35,510 nucleotides of DNA from NCBI GenBank assembly GCA_007129085.1, contig SKWF01000117.1:1-35510 (forward strand). Direction: 5' to 3'. This document shows positions 1 to 9,655 of the stretch, in pieces (position 1 is the first letter of the stretch; each line of letters starts with the position of its first letter). The stretch is from Balneolaceae bacterium. GTDB taxonomy: Bacteria > Bacteroidota > Rhodothermia > Balneolales > Balneolaceae. The translations under genes were made by a program, and so were the position numbers. The notes below the pieces were generated by a model. It did not search any database and was not told where the DNA came from. It was given only the letters and a program-made list of their open reading frames with translations.

Positions 1-35
1 CACCCGGAATGGAAATTTCCGGGTGAGTATTTTTT
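1..35. terminator. Hairpin/intrinsic terminator downstream of rarA (may be truncated by the window edge)
   Basis: CACCCGGAA (1-9) pairs with TTCCGGGTG (17-25), with a T-run shortly after on +; lies just past the rarA stop. Confidence 0.55.
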
Positions 36-42
36 ACACCTC

Positions 43-1392
43 TTACCTATCTCCTCTCTTTTTTATCTTTTGCAGCCGCTGCCAAAGTTTCGGCTCCCTA
101 CCCTGGTCTCCCGGCTCAAACCACTTTTTATTTCTGAGGGAGTCCGGCAAATACTGTTGATCTACCCAGTTAAAAGTATGGTCATGCGGATATTTATAAT
201 CGGCTGAAGCATTTTCCACATCAAGGTATCTCGATGCCAGTTTATTGGCCGTTTTATCCCGCAGATGAGAGGGCACTTCATCAATCCCCTTCTTTTTAAT
301 TTCGCTGCTCACCTCAAACACCGCCTTCGTGCTATTGCTCTTGGCCGATAATGACAGAAATATTGCCGAGTGCGCCAGGAAATAAAACCCCTCAGGCATT
401 CCCGTTTTAACAAAACTTTCGTGTGCCGAATGAACCACCGTAAGTGCGTATGGATCGGCCATCCCCACATCTTCCGAAGCAAAAATCAACATGCGCCTGA
501 ACAGAAAATTGGGATCTTCCCCTCCTTCAAGCATGGCGTTCATCCAGTAGAGAGCCGCATCAGGGTCTGATCCCCGCATAGATTTGATGAACGCCGACGC
601 ATAGTGGTAATGCTCATCACCGGTGCGATCGTACCGCACTGACCGTTTTTGAATAGACTCTTTTGCAATTTCAAGATCAACCCTCGTAGTTCCGCTCTTC
701 TGTTTCGGGGTCGATAGTACCGCCACTTCAAGGGCATTCAGCGCATTTCGAATATCACCGCCGGCATACTCGGCCAGATGACCCTCAGCCTCGTCCGTTA
801 GCTCAATATCCATAAAACCCAGTCCGCGCTCGTCATCTGCAAGGGCACGTTTCAGCATTGTGGTTACATTCTCTTTCGTGAGCGGATGGAGCTCAAAAAG
901 CTGACAGCGAGAGAGCAGAGGGCTCACCAATGAGTAGAACGGATTTTCAGTGGTGGCACCAACAAGCGTAATAATTCCCGATTCCAGATGCGGCAGAAGG
1001 GCGTCCTGCTGAGCTTTATTCCAGCGATGAATCTCATCCACAAACAGGATCGTCTTTTTATTATTTGCCCGTTTTTGCTGTTCCGCTTTACCAACAACTT
1101 TACGAAGCTCTTTAATACCATCAAGCACGGCGTTTATCACTTCAAACCGTGCCTCAATCTCTCGCGAAATTACATGAGCCAGCGTTGTTTTTCCCGAGCT
1201 TGGCGGACCATAAAAAATCAACGATCCCATCACGCCGCTTTCAATCATCCGGCGAAGCATTTTTCCTTCCCCCACCAAATGCTCCTGGCCCACAAACTCT
1301 TCGAGATTTTTAGGGCGCATTCTTGTTGCAAGTGGCTGACTGGAGCCCCCATTTTCATCGGTAATTGAGGACTCCTCTTCAAATAGATCCAT
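43..1392 (-). CDS. rarA: Replication-associated recombination protein A (MgsA/RarA clamp-loader-clade AAA+ ATPase)
   Basis: PLATRMRP, Walker A GPPSSGKTT, LFVDEIHRWNKAQQDALLP, GATTENP, SAFIKSMRGSDPDAA, ASEDVG and YKYPHD motifs. Confidence 0.96.
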   Translation of the reverse strand: MDLFEEESSITDENGGSSQPLATRMRPKNLEEFVGQEHLVGEGKMLRRMIESGVMGSLIFYGPPSSGKTTLAHVISREIEARFEVINAVLDGIKELRKVVGKAEQQKRANNKKTILFVDEIHRWNKAQQDALLPHLESGIITLVGATTENPFYSLVSPLLSRCQLFELHPLTKENVTTMLKRALADDERGLGFMDIELTDEAEGHLAEYAGGDIRNALNALEVAVLSTPKQKSGTTRVDLEIAKESIQKRSVRYDRTGDEHYHYASAFIKSMRGSDPDAALYWMNAMLEGGEDPNFLFRRMLIFASEDVGMADPYALTVVHSAHESFVKTGMPEGFYFLAHSAIFLSLSAKSNSTKAVFEVSSEIKKKGIDEVPSHLRDKTANKLASRYLDVENASADYKYPHDHTFNWVDQQYLPDSLRNKKWFEPGDQGREPKLWQRLQKIKKRGDR

Positions 1393-1431
1393 GATTGTGC
1401 AAATTTTTTAACTGAATATTAGAGATGGGTA

Positions 1432-1445
1432 TTGATAATCATCAA
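1432..1445. promoter_or_regulatory. Crp/FNR-family box (TTGAT-N4-ATCAA)
   Basis: TTGATAATCATCAA is an exact match to the FNR consensus, in the divergent rarA/CBS intergenic region; it also partly resembles a Fur box. Confidence 0.5.
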
Positions 1446-1495
1446 AAAATATGTTTATTGATAATAACATCTAAATCAAACCGGGGAGAAACCTT

Positions 1496-1939
1496 ATGAA
1501 AGTTAAAGATATCTTAAAACGTAAAGGCAGTGATGTTTACACCGCTGATCCTGACGATACGGTATTTGATGCCATTGCTAAAATGGCAGATCTAAATATC
1601 GGTGTGCTTGTAGTAATGAAAAACGACAGGCTTGTGGGAATTATATCTGAACGCGACTACCGCAACAAGGTGATTCTTAAGGGCAGAGCTTCTAAAACCA
1701 CAACTGTAAAAGAGATTATGGTTGATCAGGTACTTTGTGTTGAACCCAACGAGAAGATTAATCTATGCATGAAAATTATGTCAGAAAAAAAGATCCGTCA
1801 CCTTCCCGTAGTGAATGATCAAAAAGTCGTTGGATTAATTTCTATCGGGGATGTGGTTAAATCGATCATTGATAAGCAAAAAATTGAGATCAATTCGTTA
1901 AAGAACTACATCGCTACCGGTGGCGCATATCCGGCATAA
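1496..1939 (+). CDS. Stand-alone CBS-pair (Bateman module) protein
   Basis: MKVKDIL..KG, GIISERDY, IRHLPVV, GLISIGDVVK; GGGGAG SD-like sequence upstream. Confidence 0.93.
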   Translation: MKVKDILKRKGSDVYTADPDDTVFDAIAKMADLNIGVLVVMKNDRLVGIISERDYRNKVILKGRASKTTTVKEIMVDQVLCVEPNEKINLCMKIMSEKKIRHLPVVNDQKVVGLISIGDVVKSIIDKQKIEINSLKNYIATGGAYPA

Positions 1940-1980
1940 TGCCAGTTTTTTTACTTAAATAGCTACAAGTTCTTAAATAT

Positions 1981-2020
1981 AAAAAAGCGCCTAATCCAAA
2001 TCCGGAAAGGCGCTTTTTTT
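1981..2020. terminator. Bidirectional intrinsic terminator
   Basis: A-tract + AAGCGCCT...AGGCGCTT + T-tract between convergent genes. Confidence 0.85.
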
Positions 2021-2033
2021 AATATCTAAACAA

Positions 2034-3584
2034 TCAGAGCGGTAAGTTATCGTGCTTTCGTTTCGGCACAGAGTCTACTTTGTTTTGGCAAAGTTCAAAT
2101 GCACTGATCAGTTTTTCGCGCGTTTCACTCGGCAGAATCACATCATCAATAAATCCGCGAGCTGCTGCTTTGTACGGATGTGCAAACTCTTCGCTATAGT
2201 GATCTTCCAGCTCCTTCTGTTTCGCTTCGGGATCGTCCGCATTGGCAATCTCTTTTCGAAAGATGATTTCCACGGCCCCTTTGGTTCCCATCACCGCAAT
2301 TTCCGATGTAGGCCACGCCACGTTATAATCAGCGCGAATATGCTTGGAGTTCATCACATCGTAAGCCCCGCCATACGCTTTGCGGGTAATTACCGTCATT
2401 TTCGGCACGGTAGCTTCGCAAAATGCGTAAAGCAGTTTGGCACCGTGCTTAATGATACCTCCCCACTCCTGGTCGGTACCGGGCAAAAATCCGGGTACAT
2501 CTTCAAATACCACCAGCGGAATATTAAACGCATCGCAAAAGCGAACAAAACGTGCACCTTTTACGGAGGCGTCGATATCCAGCACGCCGGCAAGTGAAAG
2601 CGGTTGATTCGCTACAATCCCAACCGAGCGTCCATCAAGCCGGGCAAACCCTACCACAATATTATCGGCATAATGCTCATGAACTTCGTAAAAGGAGTCC
2701 TTATCCATCACCCCATCAATAACATCTTTGATATCGTACGGCTTGTTGGGATTATCCGGCACAAGTCTGTCCAGCTTTTCAGCCTTTGCTCCATCCGGCT
2801 TTTGACCATCTTTTCGAGGCGGTTTCTCCTCACAGTTCAGCGGCAAGTAGCCCATCAAATCGCGAATATTGTGGAGGCAGACGGCATCGTTATCTGCCGT
2901 AAAATGAGCCACACCCGATTTGGTTCCGTGGGCCGAAGCTCCACCCAAATCTTCGGATGTAACCTCTTCGTGCGTAACGGTTTTCACCACGTTGGGCCCC
3001 GTAACAAACATATAGCTGGTATCCTTCACCATATAAACAAAATCGGTAAGTGCCGGGCTGTAAACAGCTCCGCCGGCACACGGGCCCATTACCGCAGAAA
3101 TTTGCGGCACAACACCCGAAGCCATAGAGTTTCGCCAAAATACTTCCGCATATCCGCCGAGCGAGCTCACCCCCTCCTGGATACGTGCACCACCTGAATC
3201 ATTCAGTCCGATGACCGGAATGCCATTTTTCATGGCAAGGTCCATAATTTTGCAGATTTTTTCGGCGTGTGTTTCTGAAAGCGATCCGCCAAAAACCGTA
3301 AAATCCTGGCTAAAAACGTACACCGGCCGATCGTTAATTTTTCCGTACCCGGTTACCACACCATCGCCCAACACTTTTTTATCTTCCAGTCCAAACGCCG
3401 AGCTTCGATGTTCAACAAAGGCATCAATCTCATTAAAGCTACCTTTATCAAGCAGAATATCTATTCGCTCGCGTGCTGTTAATTTTCCCTTTTCATGTTG
3501 TTTTTCAATACGTGCTTTTCCGCCCCCGAGCTCTGCCTGTTTTCTCAGTTCGGCAAGGCGTTTTACTTTTTCATTTTCACTCAT
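2034..3584 (-). CDS. pccB: Acyl-CoA (propionyl-CoA) carboxylase, carboxyltransferase beta subunit
   Basis: [67 protein letters not shown]-terminal RKHDNLPL. Confidence 0.93.
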   Translation of the reverse strand: MSENEKVKRLAELRKQAELGGGKARIEKQHEKGKLTARERIDILLDKGSFNEIDAFVEHRSSAFGLEDKKVLGDGVVTGYGKINDRPVYVFSQDFTVFGGSLSETHAEKICKIMDLAMKNGIPVIGLNDSGGARIQEGVSSLGGYAEVFWRNSMASGVVPQISAVMGPCAGGAVYSPALTDFVYMVKDTSYMFVTGPNVVKTVTHEEVTSEDLGGASAHGTKSGVAHFTADNDAVCLHNIRDLMGYLPLNCEEKPPRKDGQKPDGAKAEKLDRLVPDNPNKPYDIKDVIDGVMDKDSFYEVHEHYADNIVVGFARLDGRSVGIVANQPLSLAGVLDIDASVKGARFVRFCDAFNIPLVVFEDVPGFLPGTDQEWGGIIKHGAKLLYAFCEATVPKMTVITRKAYGGAYDVMNSKHIRADYNVAWPTSEIAVMGTKGAVEIIFRKEIANADDPEAKQKELEDHYSEEFAHPYKAAARGFIDDVILPSETREKLISAFELCQNKVDSVPKRKHDNLPL

Positions 3585-3595
3585 TCGTAATCAGT

Positions 3596-5449
3596 TTAGG
3601 TAGATTGATATTCTTTAAAATATGCATGCAGCCGGTCTGTAAAATCAACGGCGGCCTCATCATACATATCCACGAGGTTTCTCGCAAAAATCTCTTTCTC
3701 AATATATTTCGATGCCGATTTCCACTCCTCCTTTTGTGCGATATCGATTAGTGCCTGGTCGTAAGCGGAATCAGAACCTCCAAAAATCTCCTCAACAAAA
3801 CGGTCGCGATCATCTTTAAGCCATTCTTCAATCTTTTCAGACTCTGCGCGGCTATCATCCGACTCCTTCGTCAAATCAATAATCGGCTCGTCAATAAATC
3901 CATCCTCATCCACATTTTCATCTTCACCAGCAGCAACTTCATCCTCTTCGCCCATATAAGCCTTCCACATCGGCGATTCGCCCTCATCATCTTCCTCTTC
4001 TTCAGGCTCTTCCGAAACCCAGTTAAACGCCTCCTCTTCAGATTCAGGTTTCGGGATATCTTTTTCCGATATTTCAAACCGGCTTGACAGCGAACTGTAT
4101 TCTTCCTCGCTTTCCTCCTCTAACTCTTCATTTTTTTCGGGTTGATGAACGTCGCTCTCCTCCTCCGCTTCCAAAATATCTTGCGGATCTTCATCCACCT
4201 TGGGGAATTCATCCTCAAAAGAATCCTCCCGGCCTTCAAACATTCTAGAGAGAGAATCAGAGTCGTCATCCGGCTCTTCCTCCTCTTCAGATACATCATC
4301 AAACTGAAAGATACTGTGGAGTGGCTTATCATCGTCTTCTTCCTCATCTTCAGTATCCGCATCAAACTCTACATCCTCATCTTCAATCGGAGAGATAAAC
4401 CGCCGCTGATGAAAACTATTTACAATGGAATCGTCATCCTCTTCTTCATCCTCATCAAACACAATATCAGTTTCATTCGGTAACGGATTGAAATCTTCCG
4501 ATTCCTCCGATTCAGTCTCATCTTCGTCCAGTTTATCTAGCGAATAGAGATCAAAACGTGCTGCCGATTCTTCATCTTCCTCCCGGTCTGTCAGATCCGG
4601 CTCATTTTCTTCTTTCTTTAGCTCCGATTTTTCAGGCGCCGGATCTTGTAGTGATTTATCTGCCTTCGGCATTTTTTTATCGGGCACGTCAAACAGCGTA
4701 GAATCGTCATCATCATAGCTTGACTCTTTCAACAAATCCGGGGCGGAAAGTTGCTCTATAAATCCTGTTTTATTCAACGAGGTGTTTAGATAATCAAACC
4801 TGCGGGAGATGTTATACATCTCTTTATCCTCAAAAAAGGCGCGGAAAAGATCCGTATCTATCGATGGACCGACAAGTTTAAAGAGCGGCTCCAGGAGCTG
4901 GGTCCAGTTTAAGGGGTTATAATTTTTAATCAGGCGTTCATCAATCCGAGTAATAACGGATTTACAGTTTTCCAGCGTAAGTTCTGTCTTTCCCTTCTTA
5001 TCGAGATACCGCACCAGTGTGTTCGACAGATGTTGATTTACCGTTACAAACCGGGTTCGTTTTTCTACTTGCTCTTTGGTAAGCGTTTTTTCATCACCAA
5101 AAATAATGGCCGGAATGGCGGTTCGCGGCTGTATAATTACGTCCAAAACATCACCTACAGCCGTTTCGAAAACCGCGTTTTTAAAGGAGGCCGGCATCCG
5201 AACTTCGCCTACAATAGTATCGATAAATTTATCCCACGCCTTTTGTACTTTTTTATCCTCCATATCGGCCCACTCAGAATGTGGTGGAACAATAGATTCG
5301 CTTAAATAGCGGGTTATTTCCAGGATTGCCCGATCGGTTACAAATCCGGGAATATCAAGTTCGTATAAATCATCGGGTGTATAAAACTCCCGGTCCTTGG
5401 GCAGTTGCGAAACAATGTTTTCGGTAAGTTGGCGTACGAGTCGCTCCAT
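3596..5449 (-). CDS. Hypothetical protein: folded N-domain, long D/E-rich disordered linker, short helical C-domain (start ATG 5449 preferred; ORF extends to 5491)
   Basis: About 617-631 aa ORF ending 11 bp before pccB; the central ~290 aa are extremely acidic; C-terminal DRDRFVEEIFGG motif. Confidence 0.85.
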   Translation of the reverse strand: MERLVRQLTENIVSQLPKDREFYTPDDLYELDIPGFVTDRAILEITRYLSESIVPPHSEWADMEDKKVQKAWDKFIDTIVGEVRMPASFKNAVFETAVGDVLDVIIQPRTAIPAIIFGDEKTLTKEQVEKRTRFVTVNQHLSNTLVRYLDKKGKTELTLENCKSVITRIDERLIKNYNPLNWTQLLEPLFKLVGPSIDTDLFRAFFEDKEMYNISRRFDYLNTSLNKTGFIEQLSAPDLLKESSYDDDDSTLFDVPDKKMPKADKSLQDPAPEKSELKKEENEPDLTDREEDEESAARFDLYSLDKLDEDETESEESEDFNPLPNETDIVFDEDEEEDDDSIVNSFHQRRFISPIEDEDVEFDADTEDEEEDDDKPLHSIFQFDDVSEEEEEPDDDSDSLSRMFEGREDSFEDEFPKVDEDPQDILEAEEESDVHQPEKNEELEEESEEEYSSLSSRFEISEKDIPKPESEEEAFNWVSEEPEEEEDDEGESPMWKAYMGEEDEVAAGEDENVDEDGFIDEPIIDLTKESDDSRAESEKIEEWLKDDRDRFVEEIFGGSDSAYDQALIDIAQKEEWKSASKYIEKEIFARNLVDMYDEAAVDFTDRLHAYFKEYQST

Positions 5450-5598
5450 AGCTGAATGATATTTTTTGACAATATAGGGGTTCAACACCATTGTTCGAAA
5501 ACAATATGTGAATTTTCATTACGACTTCATGTAAGAATTCTTTAATCTTGTTCCCTGTTATCTAAGCTGAAATATTCACGGTAGTTCCAATCCCTTTT

Positions 5599-6207
5599 AT
5601 GATCCGGCTCGAGCTTAAAAATTTATCGAAACGGTACGGCACCCACACCGTCATTCGTGATCTCTCCGGTGTCTACACCACCGAAGTGCTCGGTATTGCG
5701 GGTTCAAACGGCGCCGGTAAATCTACGCTTCTGCAATCTATAGCCGGACTGCTGAAACCAACTTCGGGGTCCGTTGAGTGGCAGCGATCTAATCAAACCA
5801 TTGACGCCGAAGCATTACGCGAAAATCTCGGCTTTGCAGCTCCTTACGTGCAGCTTTACGAAGAGCTGACAGTTTTGGAAAACCTGACATTTTTAAAAGA
5901 TCTGCACCCGCCAAACTCTACGGCCGATCCCGACGAACTTATACGGCAATTCCAGGCGGACCCGTTTCGGGATGATCTCTACGGAGAGCTCTCCACCGGT
6001 CAGCAGCAGCGCGTAAAATTTGCTGCAGCCTCCATTAATCAACCCGATATTCTATGTCTCGATGAACCAGGCAGCAACCTCGATACCTCCGGACTCGAAC
6101 TCATCAGGCAGTGGCTCGATCAAATCAGAGAAAAAAACGGGATGGTAATTTTGGCATCTAACCAGCAGGATGAGCTGGATCTCTGCAGCGAAATTATTCA
6201 GCTCTGA
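5599..6207 (+). CDS. ABC transporter ATP-binding protein, CcmA-like
   Basis: Walker A GSNGAGKS, LYEELTVLENL, signature LSTGQQQR, Walker B LCLDEP; H-switch appears replaced (LASNQ). Confidence 0.85.
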   Translation: MIRLELKNLSKRYGTHTVIRDLSGVYTTEVLGIAGSNGAGKSTLLQSIAGLLKPTSGSVEWQRSNQTIDAEALRENLGFAAPYVQLYEELTVLENLTFLKDLHPPNSTADPDELIRQFQADPFRDDLYGELSTGQQQRVKFAAASINQPDILCLDEPGSNLDTSGLELIRQWLDQIREKNGMVILASNQQDELDLCSEIIQL

Positions 6208-6210
6208 CGA

Positions 6211-8175
6211 TTAGGACTCCTCTTTTATCAATCCTGAACGGTACGCTTTCAGCAGATTTTCAAGATCCTCAATTCTCTGCTTGATGTCCCTGCCTGCATC
6301 AGTATCTTTTACGCGAATGCGCTGGGTATTATGCTCCAAAATTTTTGTATTCGAGTGAATATCAATCTCCTCCTCAATCGCTTTCTCTTTCGACACAAAC
6401 GATTGGTGCGCAGCAAGAAGAAGGCCGTAAGAGTTAAAGATCAATGTATATCCGGCAATACCTGTTTTGGATTGATACGCTTTGGCAAATCCGCCATCGA
6501 TAACCAACAGTTTTCCATCTGCTTTTACGGGGCTCTCCCCTTTTTTCACCTCCACCGGCACATGTCCATTTACGATGTGCCCCTTCTCCGGAGAAACCCC
6601 AAACTCTTCCAGTATCTTTTTGGCGGTTTCAGGTTTTGTGCGATAATCATAATAGGGATTCATTTGCTCTTTATGGGTGGAGCTGTCCTCAATGAAATAG
6701 CGTTCGAACGTAGCCATCTTATCCTTTCCAAAAAGCGGTGATTGAGATCCGCTCCAGAGATACCACAACGTATCTTGGCCACGCAGCTTCGCTTCCGGGT
6801 CATTTTTCGAAAAATATCCCTGCCGGCTCAATCTCTCCAGGTGATCCATAAACTCTTTTGCCCCATATGTTTGTCCATCTACTGTAAAATGGCGGAGCTG
6901 CCCCTTTTCGGTCATGGGGATACAGCCGTGATAGAGCAAATTGTCATTAATTACCTTGTACATTGTTCCTTTGGAGTATAAAAAACGAACGTGCTTCTGC
7001 AGCCGCTCGCTGTTTTTAAATGAGAGAACCAGTTTCTCCATCACCGCTTTTTCCTGATCAGATAGTTTGTAAGGATTTTCAGGGTCAATCGTCGGAAAGT
7101 GCGTATCCTTCATCGAGTACGTTTTGCCGTCAACCTCAACCGTGCCGTTGGCGAAATCGATTTTGTCAAGCAGTAGTCGATCATCCATTCTGTAATGAGG
7201 CCTACGCTTGATAATTTGCCCCTCAACCTTTAACTGTATGATGGAGATCGCTTTCTGCATCCGGGCCATCATCAACTGTTCATTCTCCGTAAACTGTTCA
7301 GAGGCATCCTTAGGCCGAAAAAGATCGCAGGAATCCTCCCCATAGTTATCAACCGCAAGCGATACCAGCGGCAACATACTGATAGCGTATCCATTCTCCA
7401 GGGTCTCCATATTTGAGTATCGTAATGAAACGCGAATTACGTTAGCAATACACGCCTCGCTACCGGCGGCAGCACCCATCCAGACGATATCGTGGTTCCC
7501 CCACTGAAAATCTACGGCATGATGGTTCATCAGCTCATCCATAATAATATGCGCGCCGGGCCCGCGATCGTACACATCGCCAATTACGTGAAGTTTGGAG
7601 ATCGTCAGCCGCTGAATCAATCCCGCCATGGCCGTTATAAACGCACCGGCCCTGCCTGTCTCGATAATCGTTTGAATGATACTGCTGTAATACTCCTGAC
7701 GATTTTTCGTCCCCTCCTGTTCGTGCAAAAGCTCCTCGATGATATAATTAAAATCTTGCGGCAGGGCTTTTCGTACTCTGCTTCGGGTATATTTCGATGA
7801 ATAAATCCGACATAACTTAATCAGTTGAAAAAGCGTCTTTCGATACCACGCCTCCGGATTTGATATCCTCTTCAGTATCACCGGAAGTTTCTGCTCCGGA
7901 TAGTAGATTAATGTGGCCAGGTTCTTTTTTTCCTCCTCATCCATCGTGTACTCAAACACCTCTTCAATTCGGCGCTTAATAGATCCCGACCCGTTCCTAA
8001 GCACATGAGAAAATGCCTCGTACTCTCCGTGAATATCCGACACAAAATGCTCTGTACCCTTAGGAAGCTCAAGAATGGCACTTAAATTTATGATCTCAGT
8101 AGATGCACTTCTTATAGACGGGTACTGCTTGGCCATCAGTTTCAAATAGCGTAAATCCTGATCAGTCTGGGGCAT
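6211..8175 (-). CDS. fbp: Fructose-1,6-bisphosphatase class III (Firmicutes/Bacteroides-type)
   Basis: TEIINLSAILELPKGTEHFVSDIHGEYEAF, GDVYDRGP, QWGNHD, LYHGCIP, NGHVPV, IDGGFAKAY..TGIAGYTLIFNS. Confidence 0.95.
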   Translation of the reverse strand: MPQTDQDLRYLKLMAKQYPSIRSASTEIINLSAILELPKGTEHFVSDIHGEYEAFSHVLRNGSGSIKRRIEEVFEYTMDEEEKKNLATLIYYPEQKLPVILKRISNPEAWYRKTLFQLIKLCRIYSSKYTRSRVRKALPQDFNYIIEELLHEQEGTKNRQEYYSSIIQTIIETGRAGAFITAMAGLIQRLTISKLHVIGDVYDRGPGAHIIMDELMNHHAVDFQWGNHDIVWMGAAAGSEACIANVIRVSLRYSNMETLENGYAISMLPLVSLAVDNYGEDSCDLFRPKDASEQFTENEQLMMARMQKAISIIQLKVEGQIIKRRPHYRMDDRLLLDKIDFANGTVEVDGKTYSMKDTHFPTIDPENPYKLSDQEKAVMEKLVLSFKNSERLQKHVRFLYSKGTMYKVINDNLLYHGCIPMTEKGQLRHFTVDGQTYGAKEFMDHLERLSRQGYFSKNDPEAKLRGQDTLWYLWSGSQSPLFGKDKMATFERYFIEDSSTHKEQMNPYYDYRTKPETAKKILEEFGVSPEKGHIVNGHVPVEVKKGESPVKADGKLLVIDGGFAKAYQSKTGIAGYTLIFNSYGLLLAAHQSFVSKEKAIEEEIDIHSNTKILEHNTQRIRVKDTDAGRDIKQRIEDLENLLKAYRSGLIKEES

Positions 8176-8497
8176 AATTTTAAACTTTAACTCTTATAAT
8201 GAAGTGTAAACTTAATATAGGCCACATCCGTAAAGTTCCAAGCCTGAACCCCGATTAATTAAACCTAAACAGCGTTTTTGATATTTCAATTCTCCTAAAC
8301 CGTTCATTTTTAAACAGTTAACCGACATGCCAATCCATTCACGAATCACTAATTTTCGACTTATAACTCAATAACACATATCTTTTTCGTAATGGTTATC
8401 TTCTATTTTCACATTGCAAACAAAAACTGTAAGCTTGGATTCTCTGAACCGCCGGTAAGTTAAATCCGAAACTAATAGCCGTTTTACTGATAACTTT

Positions 8498-9304
8498 ATG
8501 GATTCATATAGCCGTAAAAGCCCAAAATATTATCGTATTTACGAAGATCTTCTCAAAAAAATCCATGATGGAGAATTTGAGGAGAACGATCGATTTCCAA
8601 GCGATACCGAACTCGTAAAAGAGTTTGATGTAAGCCGGGGAACGGTTCGCGAGGCGGTAAAAATGCTGTTAATGCAGGGCTATCTTGTGCGTAAACAGGG
8701 AAAAGGCACCTTTGTTACGTACAAAAAAATTGAGCAGGATTCTGATAAGCTAATCGGGTTTAGTGAACTAATGAAGCGTCACAATATCAAACCAACAGCA
8801 AAAGTTGTAGCCAAAGAGATTACTCAACCACCGGGCGAAATTAAGCGGCTCATGCAGTTGCAAGATAGTGATAAGGTCGTTCATCTTATTCGTGTGCGGT
8901 ATGGTGATGATCTCCCGCTAATCATTGAGCGCTCTTATTTTAACTACAAATTTTTCGAGCCGATTTACTCCAAAGATCTCGAAAACAACTCCATTTTCGG
9001 CCTCCTCTATCAACACACGGATACAAAACTTGGAGAAGCCACTCAGCGAATTGAGGCTATGAGCACCGCTCAGGAAGAAGCAGAATTACTGAATGTTCCC
9101 ATAAATACCCCCCTACTACTTTTAAAGCGATTAATACAGACGAAATCGGGGGAATATTTCCAGTATTCAGAAGATGTGTATAGAAGCGACCGCATCGGTT
9201 TTACAACTCGTACGAGCCCTTATTACGACGATCATAATGACTCCGGCCTCCCTATCGATATTGCCGGAGATGACCTGCAGGAAATTATCGGGCAGGATGA
9301 CTGA
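8498..9304 (+). CDS. GntR-family transcriptional regulator, HutC/UTRA subfamily
   Basis: N-terminal wHTH (FPSDTEL..FDVSRGTVREAV..GYLVRKQGKGTFV) and C-terminal UTRA features (GFSE, R.R, P..IERSY, YRSDR). Confidence 0.93.
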   Translation: MDSYSRKSPKYYRIYEDLLKKIHDGEFEENDRFPSDTELVKEFDVSRGTVREAVKMLLMQGYLVRKQGKGTFVTYKKIEQDSDKLIGFSELMKRHNIKPTAKVVAKEITQPPGEIKRLMQLQDSDKVVHLIRVRYGDDLPLIIERSYFNYKFFEPIYSKDLENNSIFGLLYQHTDTKLGEATQRIEAMSTAQEEAELLNVPINTPLLLLKRLIQTKSGEYFQYSEDVYRSDRIGFTTRTSPYYDDHNDSGLPIDIAGDDLQEIIGQDD

Positions 9305-9418
9305 CCCTGCCGACTTATATTAATGCATCTCATTTTAAGCTGTACATTCATTACGTAAGCAGTCCATACAGCTAACTATAGACTGCTAGTTCTACGAATC
9401 TCCTCTAATTTGTTTTTG

Positions 9419-9448
9419 TGGTTCGCTAAAAATGCGAATTATTTTTTT
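9419..9448 (+). terminator. Possible weak terminator after gntR
   Basis: TGGTTCGC/GCGAATTA stem with G-U pairs, followed by T7. Confidence 0.4.
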
Positions 9449-9555
9449 ACGCCTACAAAGAACTCATCCCACTGCACAACAGTCTTTTACACATTTAAAA
9501 ACCCATCTTAATATCTTCCACCCCCTTTCTTTACATTAAATTTTATAATTTCTCC

Positions 9556-9584
9556 TTGCTTTACTGGAAGCGCTTTTACATATT
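9556..9584 (+). promoter_or_regulatory. Candidate sigma70-type promoter of the glp operon
   Basis: TTGCTT-N17-CATATT immediately upstream of the palindromic operator. Confidence 0.35.
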
Positions 9585-9591
9585 TATACCA

Positions 9592-9607
9592 AGTTGTATA
9601 GACAACT
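9592..9607. promoter_or_regulatory. HutC/GntR-type operator AGTTGTATAGACAACT
   Basis: 16-bp palindrome with one mismatched pair and the GT-N-TA-N-AC core of HutC-subfamily sites; 48 bp upstream of glpK and next to a HutC-type gene. Confidence 0.75.
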
Positions 9608-9655
9608 ATACATATAAGCCGTTTAGTCGATAATCGTAATTAAAAATCTTTCGCT

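Noticed and set aside
3890-4620. TCATC/TCTTC low-complexity repeats as a CRISPR or tandem array
   Set aside because: Explained by Asp/Glu codons of the acidic protein; no constant repeat-spacer structure.
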